Shown: one piece after another, positions 21,311 through 30,418 of the stretch
Numbering within the stretch: the stretch's first letter is position 1
How the letters are laid out: each line of letters starts with the position of its first letter
DNA from: a virus
Virus record (IMG/VR): IMGVR_UViG_3300045988_082269
Span: 1 to 39,784 of that record
Direction: 5' to 3' (one strand)
DNA: 39,784 nt
Position numbers and translations under genes: made by a program
The notes under the pieces: model-generated
Told to the model about the DNA's origin: nothing
The model's database searches: none
What the model saw: the letters and a program-made list of their open reading frames with translations, nothing else

Positions 21311-24134
21311 TGCTTGCAGCCTCCTGATTGATCTTCCATTGCAGCCGCTCGAGGACAGAGTCCGCAACTTCTTCCGCACTCTGACCGGGTGCGGCATAGA
21401 CTTGCACCGTGACTCCGCCCATCCGGACGGTGCGGTTGTTGGTGGTCTGGGATGCAGCACCGGTCTGGCCGACGTCATACTGGAGCTGCATCTGGAGCTG
21501 GCCGCTCAGATCAGCGGCAGCATCCCGGATCTTGTAGGTGTTTTTCCGGATTCCTTCTGCCATGCCCTCGACCATGTCTGGCATCCACGTCTCATACTCG
21601 GTCAATGGACCGACGTCGGGGCAGGAAAAATGCAGGAAGCTGGAAATCGTCTTGCCAATGTCGGAGGCCGCGGCTGCAATCTCCGGAGCGGCCTTTTCCA
21701 TGCCGCCCGCCATGCTGGTGACAAGGTCGCCGCCCCAAGTATCCGCATCTGTGCTGATCGCCGTGCCCAGCAGGTTGCCGATTACGCCGATGATCGCGCC
21801 GGCCGCTGCTCCGTAAGGGCTGCCGGTCAGCTTGTATCCACTGATACCGCCGCTGACCGCACTGCCCGCCAGACTGACAAGGTTGATATTATCCCAGAAG
21901 CTGTCATCTGCCCGGTACCCCTTGGTAAGGTCGGAAAACCAATTCCCGAGCGGACTGTTGCTCAGGTTGTTGGCTACGTTCTCCAGCCCGCCCAGCTTGG
22001 TATCGAGATCAAGGATGAATTTTCTGAACCCGCCGACCGTGCCCTGAATGCCAATGATTTCGTCATTGAGATCGGTGGATTTTTCCTGTATGTCTGTCAC
22101 CACGCCGTTGACGTAGGTTGTTGTTCGTTCAACGGTCTGTTTCTGGCCGTCCACGATTGCGGTATAGCAATCCGTCACAACGTCGGTCATGGACGTTACG
22201 CTGTCCTTGACCTCTCCGGTTTCCGCATCGACCACTTTCGAGATTTCCTTCGTGCTCTGAGTTGTCCGTTGGACAGCACCAAGAACGCCCTCCTGACCAT
22301 AAATCATTTGGGTCTTGGTGCCGACCGACTTTTGGCTCAGAGCGTCAACGTCCTCGCTTGTGGTCTTGGTAGTCTGCACCACGCCGTCAAGCAGGGTGTC
22401 CACCTGCTTAAAATTTTTCTGGACGCCGTTCACCATTTCCGTCCATGTCCGGGTGATGGTCTGGGCTGTCTCGGTGGTGGTGCCCTTGAGCTTTTTGGTG
22501 GTGCCGTCGTAGACGTTGTAGGTATTGTCGGCGGTCTCCGTTACCTGCTTGATTGCACCGACAATGTTGCCGGTACCCTCAAGCATCTGGGTAGAGGTGT
22601 CGGTGACACTTTTTGCCAGCTTCTTCTGATCGGCAGCGGCTTTTTTCTGAGTGGTGGTGCCGCCGCCCCCGCCGCCACCACCACCCCCGGTGTCTCCACC
22701 GGTCGTGGTTTTCGGGTGCAGCCGGTCATACTGTTTCCCTTGGCTGTATTTTCCGCTGTTAAATTCTTCCAGTGCTTTTTTGTGCCGTTCGTCAGCCTTT
22801 TTTTGCTCGTCGGCGGCTTTGCGGTACTCCTCGTATGTGTCATACCCGGAGTAAGCCTCTTTCCCCAATGCCTTGTTGAGCTTATAGCTCAACTGGTCGA
22901 GCCAAGAAATGGAGCTGGTCGCAAACGACTCGAAACCAGCCTTGAGGTTGCTGATCGGACCCATGCAATCGGTGATCGCGTCCGCCAGTCCGATCCATCC
23001 GCCGGTATCGTATGCGTCTTGCGCGGCAAGCACAAAATCGTTGGCGTTTTCGACCATCATTTTCAGGCCGCTGGTCAGATCCTCGGTCATAACGCCCGCC
23101 AGCTGGGTCGCGTTGTCCTTGAGGGTGTTCCACTCGCCATTCAGGGTCTCGCTCTGGGTCTGCATCGCGCCGTAATACCGCCCGCCCTCACTGGATGCGT
23201 TTTCCAGAGCAGCGGTCAGAAGGTCATAGGTGACGGTCATTTTTTGGACTTCCGCCGTGGATTTTCCGGTGTAGTCCGCCAGGATGCCGTACACGTCGAT
23301 GCCCGCGTAGGCAAACTGCTTGATGTCTGCCGACGTCGCTTTCCCGGCGTTCTTGATCTGCTGCAAATTCTGCGCCATCCGGCTCAGTTCTTCGTTTCCA
23401 CCGCCGGTAGCCGAAACCGCGTCGCCCAGTGCGAGGATGGTCTGCCGGGAAGATTCCGCGTCCACGCCCGCAGAGATCAGAAGCTGGTTTGCTTTGGTCA
23501 ATCCAGCCGTGTCAAAGGGTGTTTTTGCCGCGTCCTCCTTGATCTGATTGAGGACCTCGACCGCCTGATCCTCGCTCCCGAGCATAGTGGTGAGGGCGAC
23601 CTGATACTGCTCGATCTGGGCATTGTAAGCAACGCCTGTCTTGACAACTTCCGTTCCTGCATCCAGTGCCGCCTTGCCAATGGTCTGGAAAGCTGACGCA
23701 AGCAGCTGCCCCTTTGCGACGGAAGCCGTCATTCCGGAAAGGTCGGTATCTTTGGCTGCGTCTGCAAATTCACCGAGTCCATTTTTTGCGTCATCCAACC
23801 GGTTTTTCAGTTTGGCAAGCTCTGCCGCCGACTTGTTGACGGCGGTCTGGTACGCCGATACCTCGACACCTCCATCCTTGTATTTCTTTTTGGCCGCATC
23901 CAACATATGATTTTGGACGGCAAGTGCGCTCTGTTGTGCTTGTATCTGCTTTTTCAGGACGGCGGAGATGGAGGCGGCGCGTTCCTGTGCGGTGCTGTTC
24001 CGCCCCAGTGAACTGGTTACGACATCCAGCTCCGCAGTGTATTCTTTCTGCTGCTGGATGATGTTTTTCATCTGCTTTCGGTATTCGGCTTCGCCCTCAA
24101 CGCTGATTTTGGGGCCGATATCGGTTTTTGCCAC
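21285..24134 (-). CDS. Tail tape measure protein, 949 aa
   Basis: GTG start after AAGGAGG. Long helical protein with the conserved TMP core (GKATSADIKQFAYAGIDVYGILADY) and a Gly10 run. Confidence 0.9.
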   Translation of the reverse strand: MAKTDIGPKISVEGEAEYRKQMKNIIQQQKEYTAELDVVTSSLGRNSTAQERAASISAVLKKQIQAQQSALAVQNHMLDAAKKKYKDGGVEVSAYQTAVNKSAAELAKLKNRLDDAKNGLGEFADAAKDTDLSGMTASVAKGQLLASAFQTIGKAALDAGTEVVKTGVAYNAQIEQYQVALTTMLGSEDQAVEVLNQIKEDAAKTPFDTAGLTKANQLLISAGVDAESSRQTILALGDAVSATGGGNEELSRMAQNLQQIKNAGKATSADIKQFAYAGIDVYGILADYTGKSTAEVQKMTVTYDLLTAALENASSEGGRYYGAMQTQSETLNGEWNTLKDNATQLAGVMTEDLTSGLKMMVENANDFVLAAQDAYDTGGWIGLADAITDCMGPISNLKAGFESFATSSISWLDQLSYKLNKALGKEAYSGYDTYEEYRKAADEQKKADERHKKALEEFNSGKYSQGKQYDRLHPKTTTGGDTGGGGGGGGGGTTTQKKAAADQKKLAKSVTDTSTQMLEGTGNIVGAIKQVTETADNTYNVYDGTTKKLKGTTTETAQTITRTWTEMVNGVQKNFKQVDTLLDGVVQTTKTTSEDVDALSQKSVGTKTQMIYGQEGVLGAVQRTTQSTKEISKVVDAETGEVKDSVTSMTDVVTDCYTAIVDGQKQTVERTTTYVNGVVTDIQEKSTDLNDEIIGIQGTVGGFRKFILDLDTKLGGLENVANNLSNSPLGNWFSDLTKGYRADDSFWDNINLVSLAGSAVSGGISGYKLTGSPYGAAAGAIIGVIGNLLGTAISTDADTWGGDLVTSMAGGMEKAAPEIAAAASDIGKTISSFLHFSCPDVGPLTEYETWMPDMVEGMAEGIRKNTYKIRDAAADLSGQLQMQLQYDVGQTGAASQTTNNRTVRMGGVTVQVYAAPGQSAEEVADSVLERLQWKINQEAASIGEPLPVL

Positions 24135-24148
24135 AGTCCGTCACCTCC

Positions 24149-24744
24149 TTACTCGATTTTTTCCAGATCGTCCATGTCCAGATAGACCTTTTGATCTGCG
24201 CCGTTCTCGATCTGCATACACGCCATATAGTCCAGCATCTGGCCGAGAGGACAAGCGAGCACCTGCGGCTCGCTCATCCCCAATTTCCGGCCAAAATAGA
24301 GGAACCACGTTGTGTTCAGCTGGATCACATGGCGTTTTCCGCGTTTTTTGGGCTGTTGTCCTTGGCCACCTCGACCTCACGGGCAGAACCGACTCGCATA
24401 GCCGTGAGGCAGGCTGTCCACAGCTCCAGCATCTCGTTTGCGGACAGGACGTCGGAAAGCACTTCATCTGCCGGAAGTTCCGGGATGTCGTCGATCGGCT
24501 GGCCGGTCAGCAGAGCCGTGCCCGCGAGATAGCTTCGACCGGCCTGCGCCAGCGGCCGCGCAGCCTTGAGGATGGAGCGCATCAACTCCGAAATTTCGTT
24601 TTTGTCAGCGTGCCCTGCAATGCAGTTGACCACACCGGTGACGGAGCCAAACTCTTTCTCGAGAGCAGCGGACGAACCAATGCTCAGACAGAGCGGATAG
24701 CGCACGCCCTTGATGTCAGCCCACGCAATATACTTGTCATCCAT
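24149..24744 (-). CDS. Tail assembly chaperone G-T fusion, made by -1 programmed frameshift at 24343-24349
   Basis: The hand-translated -1 frame is open from the slippery site to TAA 24149-24151 (...KRGKRHVIQLNTTWFLYFGRKLGMSEPQ...DDLEKIE). Confidence 0.7.
24325..24744 (-). CDS. Tail assembly chaperone (gpG-like), 139 aa
   Basis: Position between the major tail and tape measure genes. Acidic C-terminal region. A slippery site lies near its 3' end. Confidence 0.8.
   Translation of the reverse strand: MDDKYIAWADIKGVRYPLCLSIGSSAALEKEFGSVTGVVNCIAGHADKNEISELMRSILKAARPLAQAGRSYLAGTALLTGQPIDDIPELPADEVLSDVLSANEMLELWTACLTAMRVGSAREVEVAKDNSPKNAENAM
24343..24349 (-). promoter_or_regulatory. Slippery heptamer A AAA AAC for -1 ribosomal frameshifting
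   Basis: Zero-frame codons CCA AAA AAC, six codons before the G stop. Confidence 0.7.
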
Positions 24745-25367
24745 CAGACCTCACCCCCGAGAACCTTCTTGACAAACGCGATTGCATCCGCGCGGGTGGT
24801 AAATTCCGTCTTGGGGATGATCTTCCACCGCGCCATCGAGCTGTCGTCGCGCATGATGGTGAAATCGAGGCTCTGGGTCTGCCAGTCGATCTGGTCGCCC
24901 TTGGTGGTCAGATCGTCGCCCGGCACCTTGAAGCGGATCTTGGTCAGGATGATTGCCTTCCAAGTGCTCTTGCCGTTCCGCTGCACCATCTTGACCGCGC
25001 CAAGGCCGAGGAAGGGCGGATTCATGCTTTCGCCGTACTCGTAGGTCTCTACGCTGGTGCCGCCGGATACCTCATAAGTGTTTCCGGTCGCAAGCCCCAT
25101 GATGAAGGCTTCCTCATCCGAACTCAGGCCGTCCACTGCGATGGAGCCGGAGCCGTCCGTGAAGGCGGAGCCGGTCTCGGTTTCGGCCAGAACATCGTCG
25201 GCATAGAAATTGTTGTCGTCGCTGGTGGAGATGTCGGTGCTCATGCTGACACTCCGCCCCAGCTTGCGGACACTGGTATATTTGACCGTGTTTTCCTCCG
25301 CAGAGTAGAGCGCAACATGGATATCAGAAAAGCCGGTTGCGACGCCGCCGCTTACATTTGCTGCCAT
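24744..25367 (-). CDS. Major tail protein, 207 aa
   Basis: Strong RBS AAGGAGG. Position and size fit. Preceded by a terminator hairpin. Confidence 0.8.
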   Translation of the reverse strand: MAANVSGGVATGFSDIHVALYSAEENTVKYTSVRKLGRSVSMSTDISTSDDNNFYADDVLAETETGSAFTDGSGSIAVDGLSSDEEAFIMGLATGNTYEVSGGTSVETYEYGESMNPPFLGLGAVKMVQRNGKSTWKAIILTKIRFKVPGDDLTTKGDQIDWQTQSLDFTIMRDDSSMARWKIIPKTEFTTRADAIAFVKKVLGGEV

Positions 25368-25390
25368 TTTTTGTCCTCCTTAAAAAATGA

Positions 25391-25417
25391 GGGAGGTGTC
25401 CACTGTGGACACCTCCC
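25391..25417 (-). terminator. Hairpin/terminator containing palindrome copy 2 (core 25395..25413)
   Basis: GGGAGGTGTCCA-CTG-TGGACACCTCCC, a 12-bp stem, followed on the minus strand by TCATTTTTT. Starts 6 nt after the stop of 25423..25944. Confidence 0.7.
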
Positions 25418-25422
25418 GGTGA

Positions 25423-25944
25423 TTATTCTTTGGTCAGAGCCGCGATCTGCTGCTGCACAGTCACGGCTATCTTGTCTTCTGCGGTTTTCTTGACTTTTTC
25501 CACCGCAGGCGCGATGAAGGGGGTCTTGTTGCGGACAAGGCTTCCGCTCTCGACGCTGCGGGCGATCAGCGCGTTGGGCTGGCCGTTGGGATACTTCTCG
25601 GTCTTGATGGAGTTGTACCCGTCGAAACCAATTTTGGTATTCCACGCCTTGCCCTTGTATTCCATAACCGCGACGCCGAGACCGTCTTTCAGGCCCTGTG
25701 CCTGTTCTTTGGTCACGCCGTCCAGCATTTCGCCAGACGCTTTCGCCTTGTCGCTCAGGTAATAATATTTTTTCCCTTCCGGGAGACTGTGGACGGTGAT
25801 CCCATCAATGGATTGGCTGATCGCATCGGCCACCACCTTTGCGCCCTCATAGACAGCCATTTTGCAGATGTCGTCCGTGTGGTCGCTGAGGTTTTCCAGA
25901 TTCCGCAGGTACTCAGCCGCTTTCTTCGACGTGATCCGTGCCAC
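25423..25944 (-). CDS. Tail completion/neck protein (HK97 gp10-like), 173 aa, GTG start
   Basis: GTG 25942-25944 follows GGGAGGTGA. Position is upstream of the major tail gene. Confidence 0.6.
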   Translation of the reverse strand: MARITSKKAAEYLRNLENLSDHTDDICKMAVYEGAKVVADAISQSIDGITVHSLPEGKKYYYLSDKAKASGEMLDGVTKEQAQGLKDGLGVAVMEYKGKAWNTKIGFDGYNSIKTEKYPNGQPNALIARSVESGSLVRNKTPFIAPAVEKVKKTAEDKIAVTVQQQIAALTKE

Positions 25945-26266
25945 AATCCGTCACCTCCCACAGCCACTCATAATGCCAGAAGCGGGTATTGGATTCGTCC
26001 GGCCACTTGCCGTTGCAGCTCCACGCGATGTTGTCGCGGCTGTTCAGCGACGCCTCGAACGCCTCCGCCCACGGGTCGAACTCCTGCGTGGTATACAGAT
26101 CGGTCGAGCCGCGGTGTACCCGCTCGCAGTGGGACCCGTCGGCCAGAAGGTCACGGGGCGCGGATTCCTGCCAGACGAAAAAGCGATCCGATTTCAGCCG
26201 CCCGCCGTGGCTGACCTGATCGGTCACGGCAGTGTGGGCGGCAATGATGCAGTCATACCACGCCAT
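25913..26266 (-). CDS. Head-tail joining protein (family not recognised), 117 aa
   Basis: ORF trimmed to ATG 26264-26266, 9 nt after GGAGG. Confidence 0.55.
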   Translation of the reverse strand: MAWYDCIIAAHTAVTDQVSHGGRLKSDRFFVWQESAPRDLLADGSHCERVHRGSTDLYTTQEFDPWAEAFEASLNSRDNIAWSCNGKWPDESNTRFWHYEWLWEVTDCGTDHVEESG

Positions 26267-26660
26267 TGCTGTCATCCTCCAATCTCCGGTCAAAATCCGC
26301 CTCGACCGCCCGAAGCGACAGATCCAGCGCAGGCGGCCAGCAGTCCTCGACGGCCTGCACCGTGTCAATGCGGTACTTCTGGCCGTCCTCGGTCTGTGCC
26401 ACGTCCTGACTCGAGATCGCCGCTGCCGGACGCGGTACCCGGATCACCCGGATGATCTCCGCCATGTTTTCGCGGCTGAGATAGAGGCGGTTGATCCCCA
26501 GCCGTTTTTCTTCGTACCGAAGCGTCACTTTGGGGGTCAGCCGGATCAGCGGATGGCGTCCAGGCTTGGCGGCGTCGCTGGTCGAAAAGATTTGCACCAC
26601 GCCGCCGTTGAAATTCTGGCTGATCTCAGCCGTCGGGCGGGTCGGGAGCTTCCGCGCCAT
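26253..26660 (-). CDS. Head closure/head-tail adaptor protein, 135 aa
   Basis: Position and size in the connector module. Overlaps both neighbours. Confidence 0.6.
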   Translation of the reverse strand: MARKLPTRPTAEISQNFNGGVVQIFSTSDAAKPGRHPLIRLTPKVTLRYEEKRLGINRLYLSRENMAEIIRVIRVPRPAAAISSQDVAQTEDGQKYRIDTVQAVEDCWPPALDLSLRAVEADFDRRLEDDSNGVV

Positions 26661-26955
26661 ACGCCGTCACCCGCCTTTCGTTCTGAGCGGCCAAAATCAG
26701 ATGCCGATAGTTGTTCTCGAAGATATCCGCTGCACCGTCGCGGGCGTAGCGGATGTAGTCGAGCAGCAGGCTCCGGGCAAGACCGGGCAGAGTGTAGTCC
26801 TGCTCATCGCCGATCTTTCCGTTGAGGTAGGCCATGCCGCCGGTCGCAATGTCCCAGATCTTCGCGTCCATCTTGTCGTCAGCCCAAGTCAGATCAAGAT
26901 AGTTCTTGATGCCCGGGAGCAGCACCGGCCGCAGGTCGTCCAGTGCGGTACTCAT
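26626..26955 (-). CDS. Head-tail connector protein (gp6-like), 109 aa
   Basis: Start overlaps the capsid stop (TGATG). Position is directly after the major capsid gene. Confidence 0.65.
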   Translation of the reverse strand: MSTALDDLRPVLLPGIKNYLDLTWADDKMDAKIWDIATGGMAYLNGKIGDEQDYTLPGLARSLLLDYIRYARDGAADIFENNYRHLILAAQNERRVTAYGAEAPDPPDG

Positions 26956-28442
26956 CAGGATTTCGTGACCGTGACGGTGTAGGTCTTGGTGGTGGTGCCA
27001 TCCTCAGCGGTCACGGTAATGGTCACGGTGTTGGAGCCTTCCGCCCAGGTTGCAGGTTTGCCGTTGTCGATCTCGACGCTGCCGACCTTGACCTTGATCT
27101 TTGCAGAGGCAGATGCCGGAGTTGCAAGGATGGTATTGGTCGATGCAGTGGTGGCGGCAGTGTAGCTCACAGTGCCAGCCGCAAACTCAGGCGACAGGGT
27201 CAGACTGCCGATCTTCAGGGCGATCAGCGTTGCATCGTCGGAGGCAGTCGGCTCAGGAACGGTGGTCACGCGGTAGGAGATGGGGCGCAGGCCGGAAATA
27301 TCCAGATGCAGGAAGGCATTGTTGTCCAACGGCAGGCCGTTTGCGTACAGCTTGGCCCTGTACATACGCTGATCCTCGAGGAAACGCACGCTGTCGTCAT
27401 ACTCAATGCGGCCATTTTTACCCATGCCGACCGCCGCGAAATACTGGCGGCCCATGCCGAACACAGCCTCGCCGCGGGAAAGTGCAGCGGTCTGGATTAT
27501 AGTGATGGGGTAGGGCAACACGTCGTTGCGGTAGGTGCCATCCGGCGCACGGACGGTCGTGGCAGGCATGACCAGCTGGAAATAATCCTGCGGGTTGACC
27601 AGCAGGATCAGATCGTTGGTCTTGCGGTTTTTGCCGTTGGCGGTCACGACGACCAGCGAAATCAGATTGCCGAGGGTTTTCGGCTCAAAGTCCGTCACCT
27701 TGATCTTTGCCTTTTCGGGGTACTTGCCGCCGACCACGGCAACGTTTGCGCCGACGTCGCGGATCATGCCGATGGGCTTCTTGTCGCCGTCGCCGGCCAC
27801 AACGCCGGCTTCGAGGCCGTTGGCACTGGCCTCGGCCAGAATTGCGCGGATGTAGTAATCCAGCCAAGCGGGGCCAAGGTCGAGCATGGCGTTGCAGACC
27901 GGAATGAACGCCGACAGCTTGAACAGGCCCGCGTCGATCTCCTTAAAACCGGAGGTCAGCTCCTTAATGATGGAGTCGCACAGGTCGCCCCATACTGCCT
28001 CCTGATAGCCGTCGGTGTTGACCATCATGCGGATCGCGCCGCCGGTGGTCGTAAACTGGATGTGGCTCAGCAGCGGGTGCTCAGAGCGCAGGTCATCCAG
28101 TACGCTGGAGATGATGGTTTCAGGCATAACGACACTCAGGTTCTCCAGCTCCTGCTTGGGGTTGGCCGAACGCGCAGCCTTGGCGAACGCCTGATAGTAG
28201 TTGGATTCCTCGGTGGTCAGCTGGCGCACGCCCCGGGCCTGAAGAACACTGCCGTCAAAGGACTGGTGCAGACCGTCGATCTCGCTCTGGCATTCGTTGC
28301 CGATTTCCTCGCCAATGGCGGTCATCAGCTGATCGAACGAAGTCGCAAACTTCTCGCTGTCGTTGTCCTTGATTGCCTGCTGGAACGCCTCCCGCAGGGC
28401 AGTGATCTTCTGGTTCTTCTTCCAAAAGTCCTTGAGATTCAT
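26955..28442 (-). CDS. Major capsid protein (HK97-fold) with C-terminal Ig/cadherin-like beta-sandwich domain, 495 aa
   Basis: Position after the protease. N-terminal delta-like helical region. C-terminal LTLSPEFAAGTVSYTA...VTITVTAEDGTTTKTYTVTVTKS. Confidence 0.8.
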   Translation of the reverse strand: MNLKDFWKKNQKITALREAFQQAIKDNDSEKFATSFDQLMTAIGEEIGNECQSEIDGLHQSFDGSVLQARGVRQLTTEESNYYQAFAKAARSANPKQELENLSVVMPETIISSVLDDLRSEHPLLSHIQFTTTGGAIRMMVNTDGYQEAVWGDLCDSIIKELTSGFKEIDAGLFKLSAFIPVCNAMLDLGPAWLDYYIRAILAEASANGLEAGVVAGDGDKKPIGMIRDVGANVAVVGGKYPEKAKIKVTDFEPKTLGNLISLVVVTANGKNRKTNDLILLVNPQDYFQLVMPATTVRAPDGTYRNDVLPYPITIIQTAALSRGEAVFGMGRQYFAAVGMGKNGRIEYDDSVRFLEDQRMYRAKLYANGLPLDNNAFLHLDISGLRPISYRVTTVPEPTASDDATLIALKIGSLTLSPEFAAGTVSYTAATTASTNTILATPASASAKIKVKVGSVEIDNGKPATWAEGSNTVTITVTAEDGTTTKTYTVTVTKS

Positions 28443-28470
28443 GGTTTTTTCTCCTTTTTCTTGTATTGAG

Positions 28471-28498
28471 AAAGCCGCACCCTTTCGGATGCGGCTTT
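28471..28498 (-). terminator. Stem-loop between the protease and capsid genes (partial terminator or mRNA stabiliser)
   Basis: AAAGCCGCA/TGCGGCTTT, a 9-bp stem. Confidence 0.5.
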
Positions 28499-28510
28499 AC
28501 GGCTGAATTA

Positions 28511-29188
28511 TCAGATTTTGGCAAACAGGTCAAAAAGCGTCGGTTTCTTTTGCTCCGGCTCTTTCGGGGGAGCGGGCGGGGCAGGCGGAGCCAGCATCTG
28601 CCGGACGATCAGATTGCGGACGCTCTGCGTCGCTGTCTTACTGTCGCCCTGTTTCTGGATGCTGGTAGCAAGACCCATTTCAAGCACCGCCTCCGGCGCA
28701 TACCACGTCTTACTGTCGATGAGGTCGCGTGCGGCCTGCTCGCTCATGCCGGCCGCAGTAAACGCGCCCAGACCGATCTCGGTCAGCTTGTCCAGCTCAT
28801 CGGCCGCTTCCCGCAGGTCTTCCGCGTATCCATACTGTCCGCCGATTACCGGGTGGAAGTAAAACGCGCTGACATTGTTCGCCACGCGCTCATCACCGGC
28901 CAGAAACGGATAAATCGCAGCACTCGCCACAAACCCATCGGCATAGGTCTTGACACGGGCGTTTTTGTTCCGGATCGCGTTGTAGATCGCAAACCCTTCC
29001 GAAACCTCGCCGCCGTAGCTGTCAACGTGGACATTGATTTCGGCCAGATCTCCGGCCTTCTGCAGCTGCTGAGCCAGACGGTATGCGCTGGTATCGCTGT
29101 CCAGATACGGGTAAGACGTGATATCCCCGAAAATGTAGATGTCAGCCTGTTCGCCAGACTGCTGGAAATCGAAATACGGCTTAGGCAT
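28511..29188 (-). CDS. ClpP-family (S14) prohead protease, 225 aa
   Basis: VDSYGGEVSEGFAIYNAI resembles the ClpP active-site region. Position lies between the portal and capsid genes. Confidence 0.85.
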   Translation of the reverse strand: MPKPYFDFQQSGEQADIYIFGDITSYPYLDSDTSAYRLAQQLQKAGDLAEINVHVDSYGGEVSEGFAIYNAIRNKNARVKTYADGFVASAAIYPFLAGDERVANNVSAFYFHPVIGGQYGYAEDLREAADELDKLTEIGLGAFTAAGMSEQAARDLIDSKTWYAPEAVLEMGLATSIQKQGDSKTATQSVRNLIVRQMLAPPAPPAPPKEPEQKKPTLFDLFAKI

Positions 29189-30407
29189 TTTGCCCCTCCT
29201 TCTGCTGTGAGGTCGCCGCTCTTGCGACTTCCTCGATCGTTGCGATGTTTTTGGTCATCCAGTGCTTGTCCGCCCAGTCATACGGCAAGGGTTCCTGTCC
29301 GCACTTGGTTAGGATGTCGTTGATGCTCCACACCGCCGACCCAACGATTTTCTCCACGTTGGCGGCGTTGGCGAACATATCAAAATGCTGGATGGTGGAT
29401 GTATCGACCAACACCCGGAATCCTTGCTTCCAGCCGTCCAGACCGAAAAGTTTTCGGTTGCACTCTTCGCCGATCTGCGCGGCAAGCGGGTCGATGGCCG
29501 TGGTCAGCCACAAGCTGATCGCGTCTGACATCCCGGCCACATTGCCCAGAAGCAGCACCGGAGGGATCCCGAATCCCCGAGCCGTAAAAGTGAAAATATC
29601 ATCGACCAGTGCCCGGATGTCGCGGGTATCTTTTGCCGACGTGTTCCCACCGAACGGTTGAAAATCGAAGCCATCAAACTCGGGCAGGATGCCGGAATCG
29701 CTGTGCAGAAACGGTTTATACCGCGATTCCAGCATTTCCGCAAACTTCTGCTCGAAATCGTTCTTCCCGCTGGCGACCTGCCCGACATGAACTTTCATGT
29801 GTTGGCCGTTATTCCACGCATTATTTTTCATCGCGGTCTGGATCAGCTTGTTATAGCTGTTGTAGATTGCATCGACCACGTTTTTGATGTTCCGGTTGTT
29901 GAGCGTCAGATGCAGCACTTCCGACTCTTTCAGTCTGCGGGTGTTGGGCTCGTTGCCCAGCTGCACGCTCTCATAGATTTTTTCCCGCGTAGGATAATTC
30001 TCCGGGGGCGTCCAGTTGTCCGCCGTGACCAGCATCAACCGCAGATTCTTTTGGACGGGAACGATCAGCACCTCGTTATAGGCATAGAGCCGAAAAATAG
30101 CATTTTGCCAGAAAGCAGTGCTGTTTTCGTTGAGGTTCGGCTCGACGTTGAGCATATAATAATAGTCGTTTTTTGCTTCTGCCCGCCCCTCAAACGTTTT
30201 GAACTCACAGTTGGCAATGGCTCGAGCAATCAAATTGACGCAGCACCCAAACGCCAGCTCCCGCAGTTGCAGCTCTTCGCGGTAGTAGAGCCAATCGTCG
30301 CAGGTGCTCACCGACGTTTTGCCAGTTACAGGATCCCACTTTTCATAGTTGATTTTCTGCTGGGGGACTCCGTCGAATACCCCCAGTTCCCATTCTTTTC
30401 GTGTCAA
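29181..30407 (-). CDS. Portal protein (HK97 family), 408 aa, TTG start
   Basis: TTG follows AGGAGGG. Position is after terL, and the size fits. Confidence 0.8.
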   Translation of the reverse strand: MTRKEWELGVFDGVPQQKINYEKWDPVTGKTSVSTCDDWLYYREELQLRELAFGCCVNLIARAIANCEFKTFEGRAEAKNDYYYMLNVEPNLNENSTAFWQNAIFRLYAYNEVLIVPVQKNLRLMLVTADNWTPPENYPTREKIYESVQLGNEPNTRRLKESEVLHLTLNNRNIKNVVDAIYNSYNKLIQTAMKNNAWNNGQHMKVHVGQVASGKNDFEQKFAEMLESRYKPFLHSDSGILPEFDGFDFQPFGGNTSAKDTRDIRALVDDIFTFTARGFGIPPVLLLGNVAGMSDAISLWLTTAIDPLAAQIGEECNRKLFGLDGWKQGFRVLVDTSTIQHFDMFANAANVEKIVGSAVWSINDILTKCGQEPLPYDWADKHWMTKNIATIEEVARAATSQQKEGQNA

Positions 30408-30418
30408 CGTTCGCCCTC

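Noticed and set aside
22640-22700. GC-rich Gly10-coding stretch in the tape measure gene, as a possible slippage or frameshift site
   Set aside because: The codons are mixed (GGT/GGC/GGG), so there is no long mononucleotide run, and the reading frame stays open through it.
21339-23696. Very long plus-strand ORFs: 785 aa here, also 26943..28469 (508 aa), 2120..3367 (415 aa), 23968..25044 (358 aa) and 10676..11650 (324 aa)
   Set aside because: They run antisense to well-supported structural or early genes. They have low-complexity Arg/Gly/Ala/Val-rich composition and no RBS. They are typical shadow ORFs of high-GC DNA.
24141-24467. 108-aa minus-strand ORF that could be mistaken for the gpT frameshift extension
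   Set aside because: It lies in the +1 frame relative to gpG and has an Arg/Ser/Gly-rich nonsense composition. Hand translation shows the real extension is the -1 frame ending at 24149.
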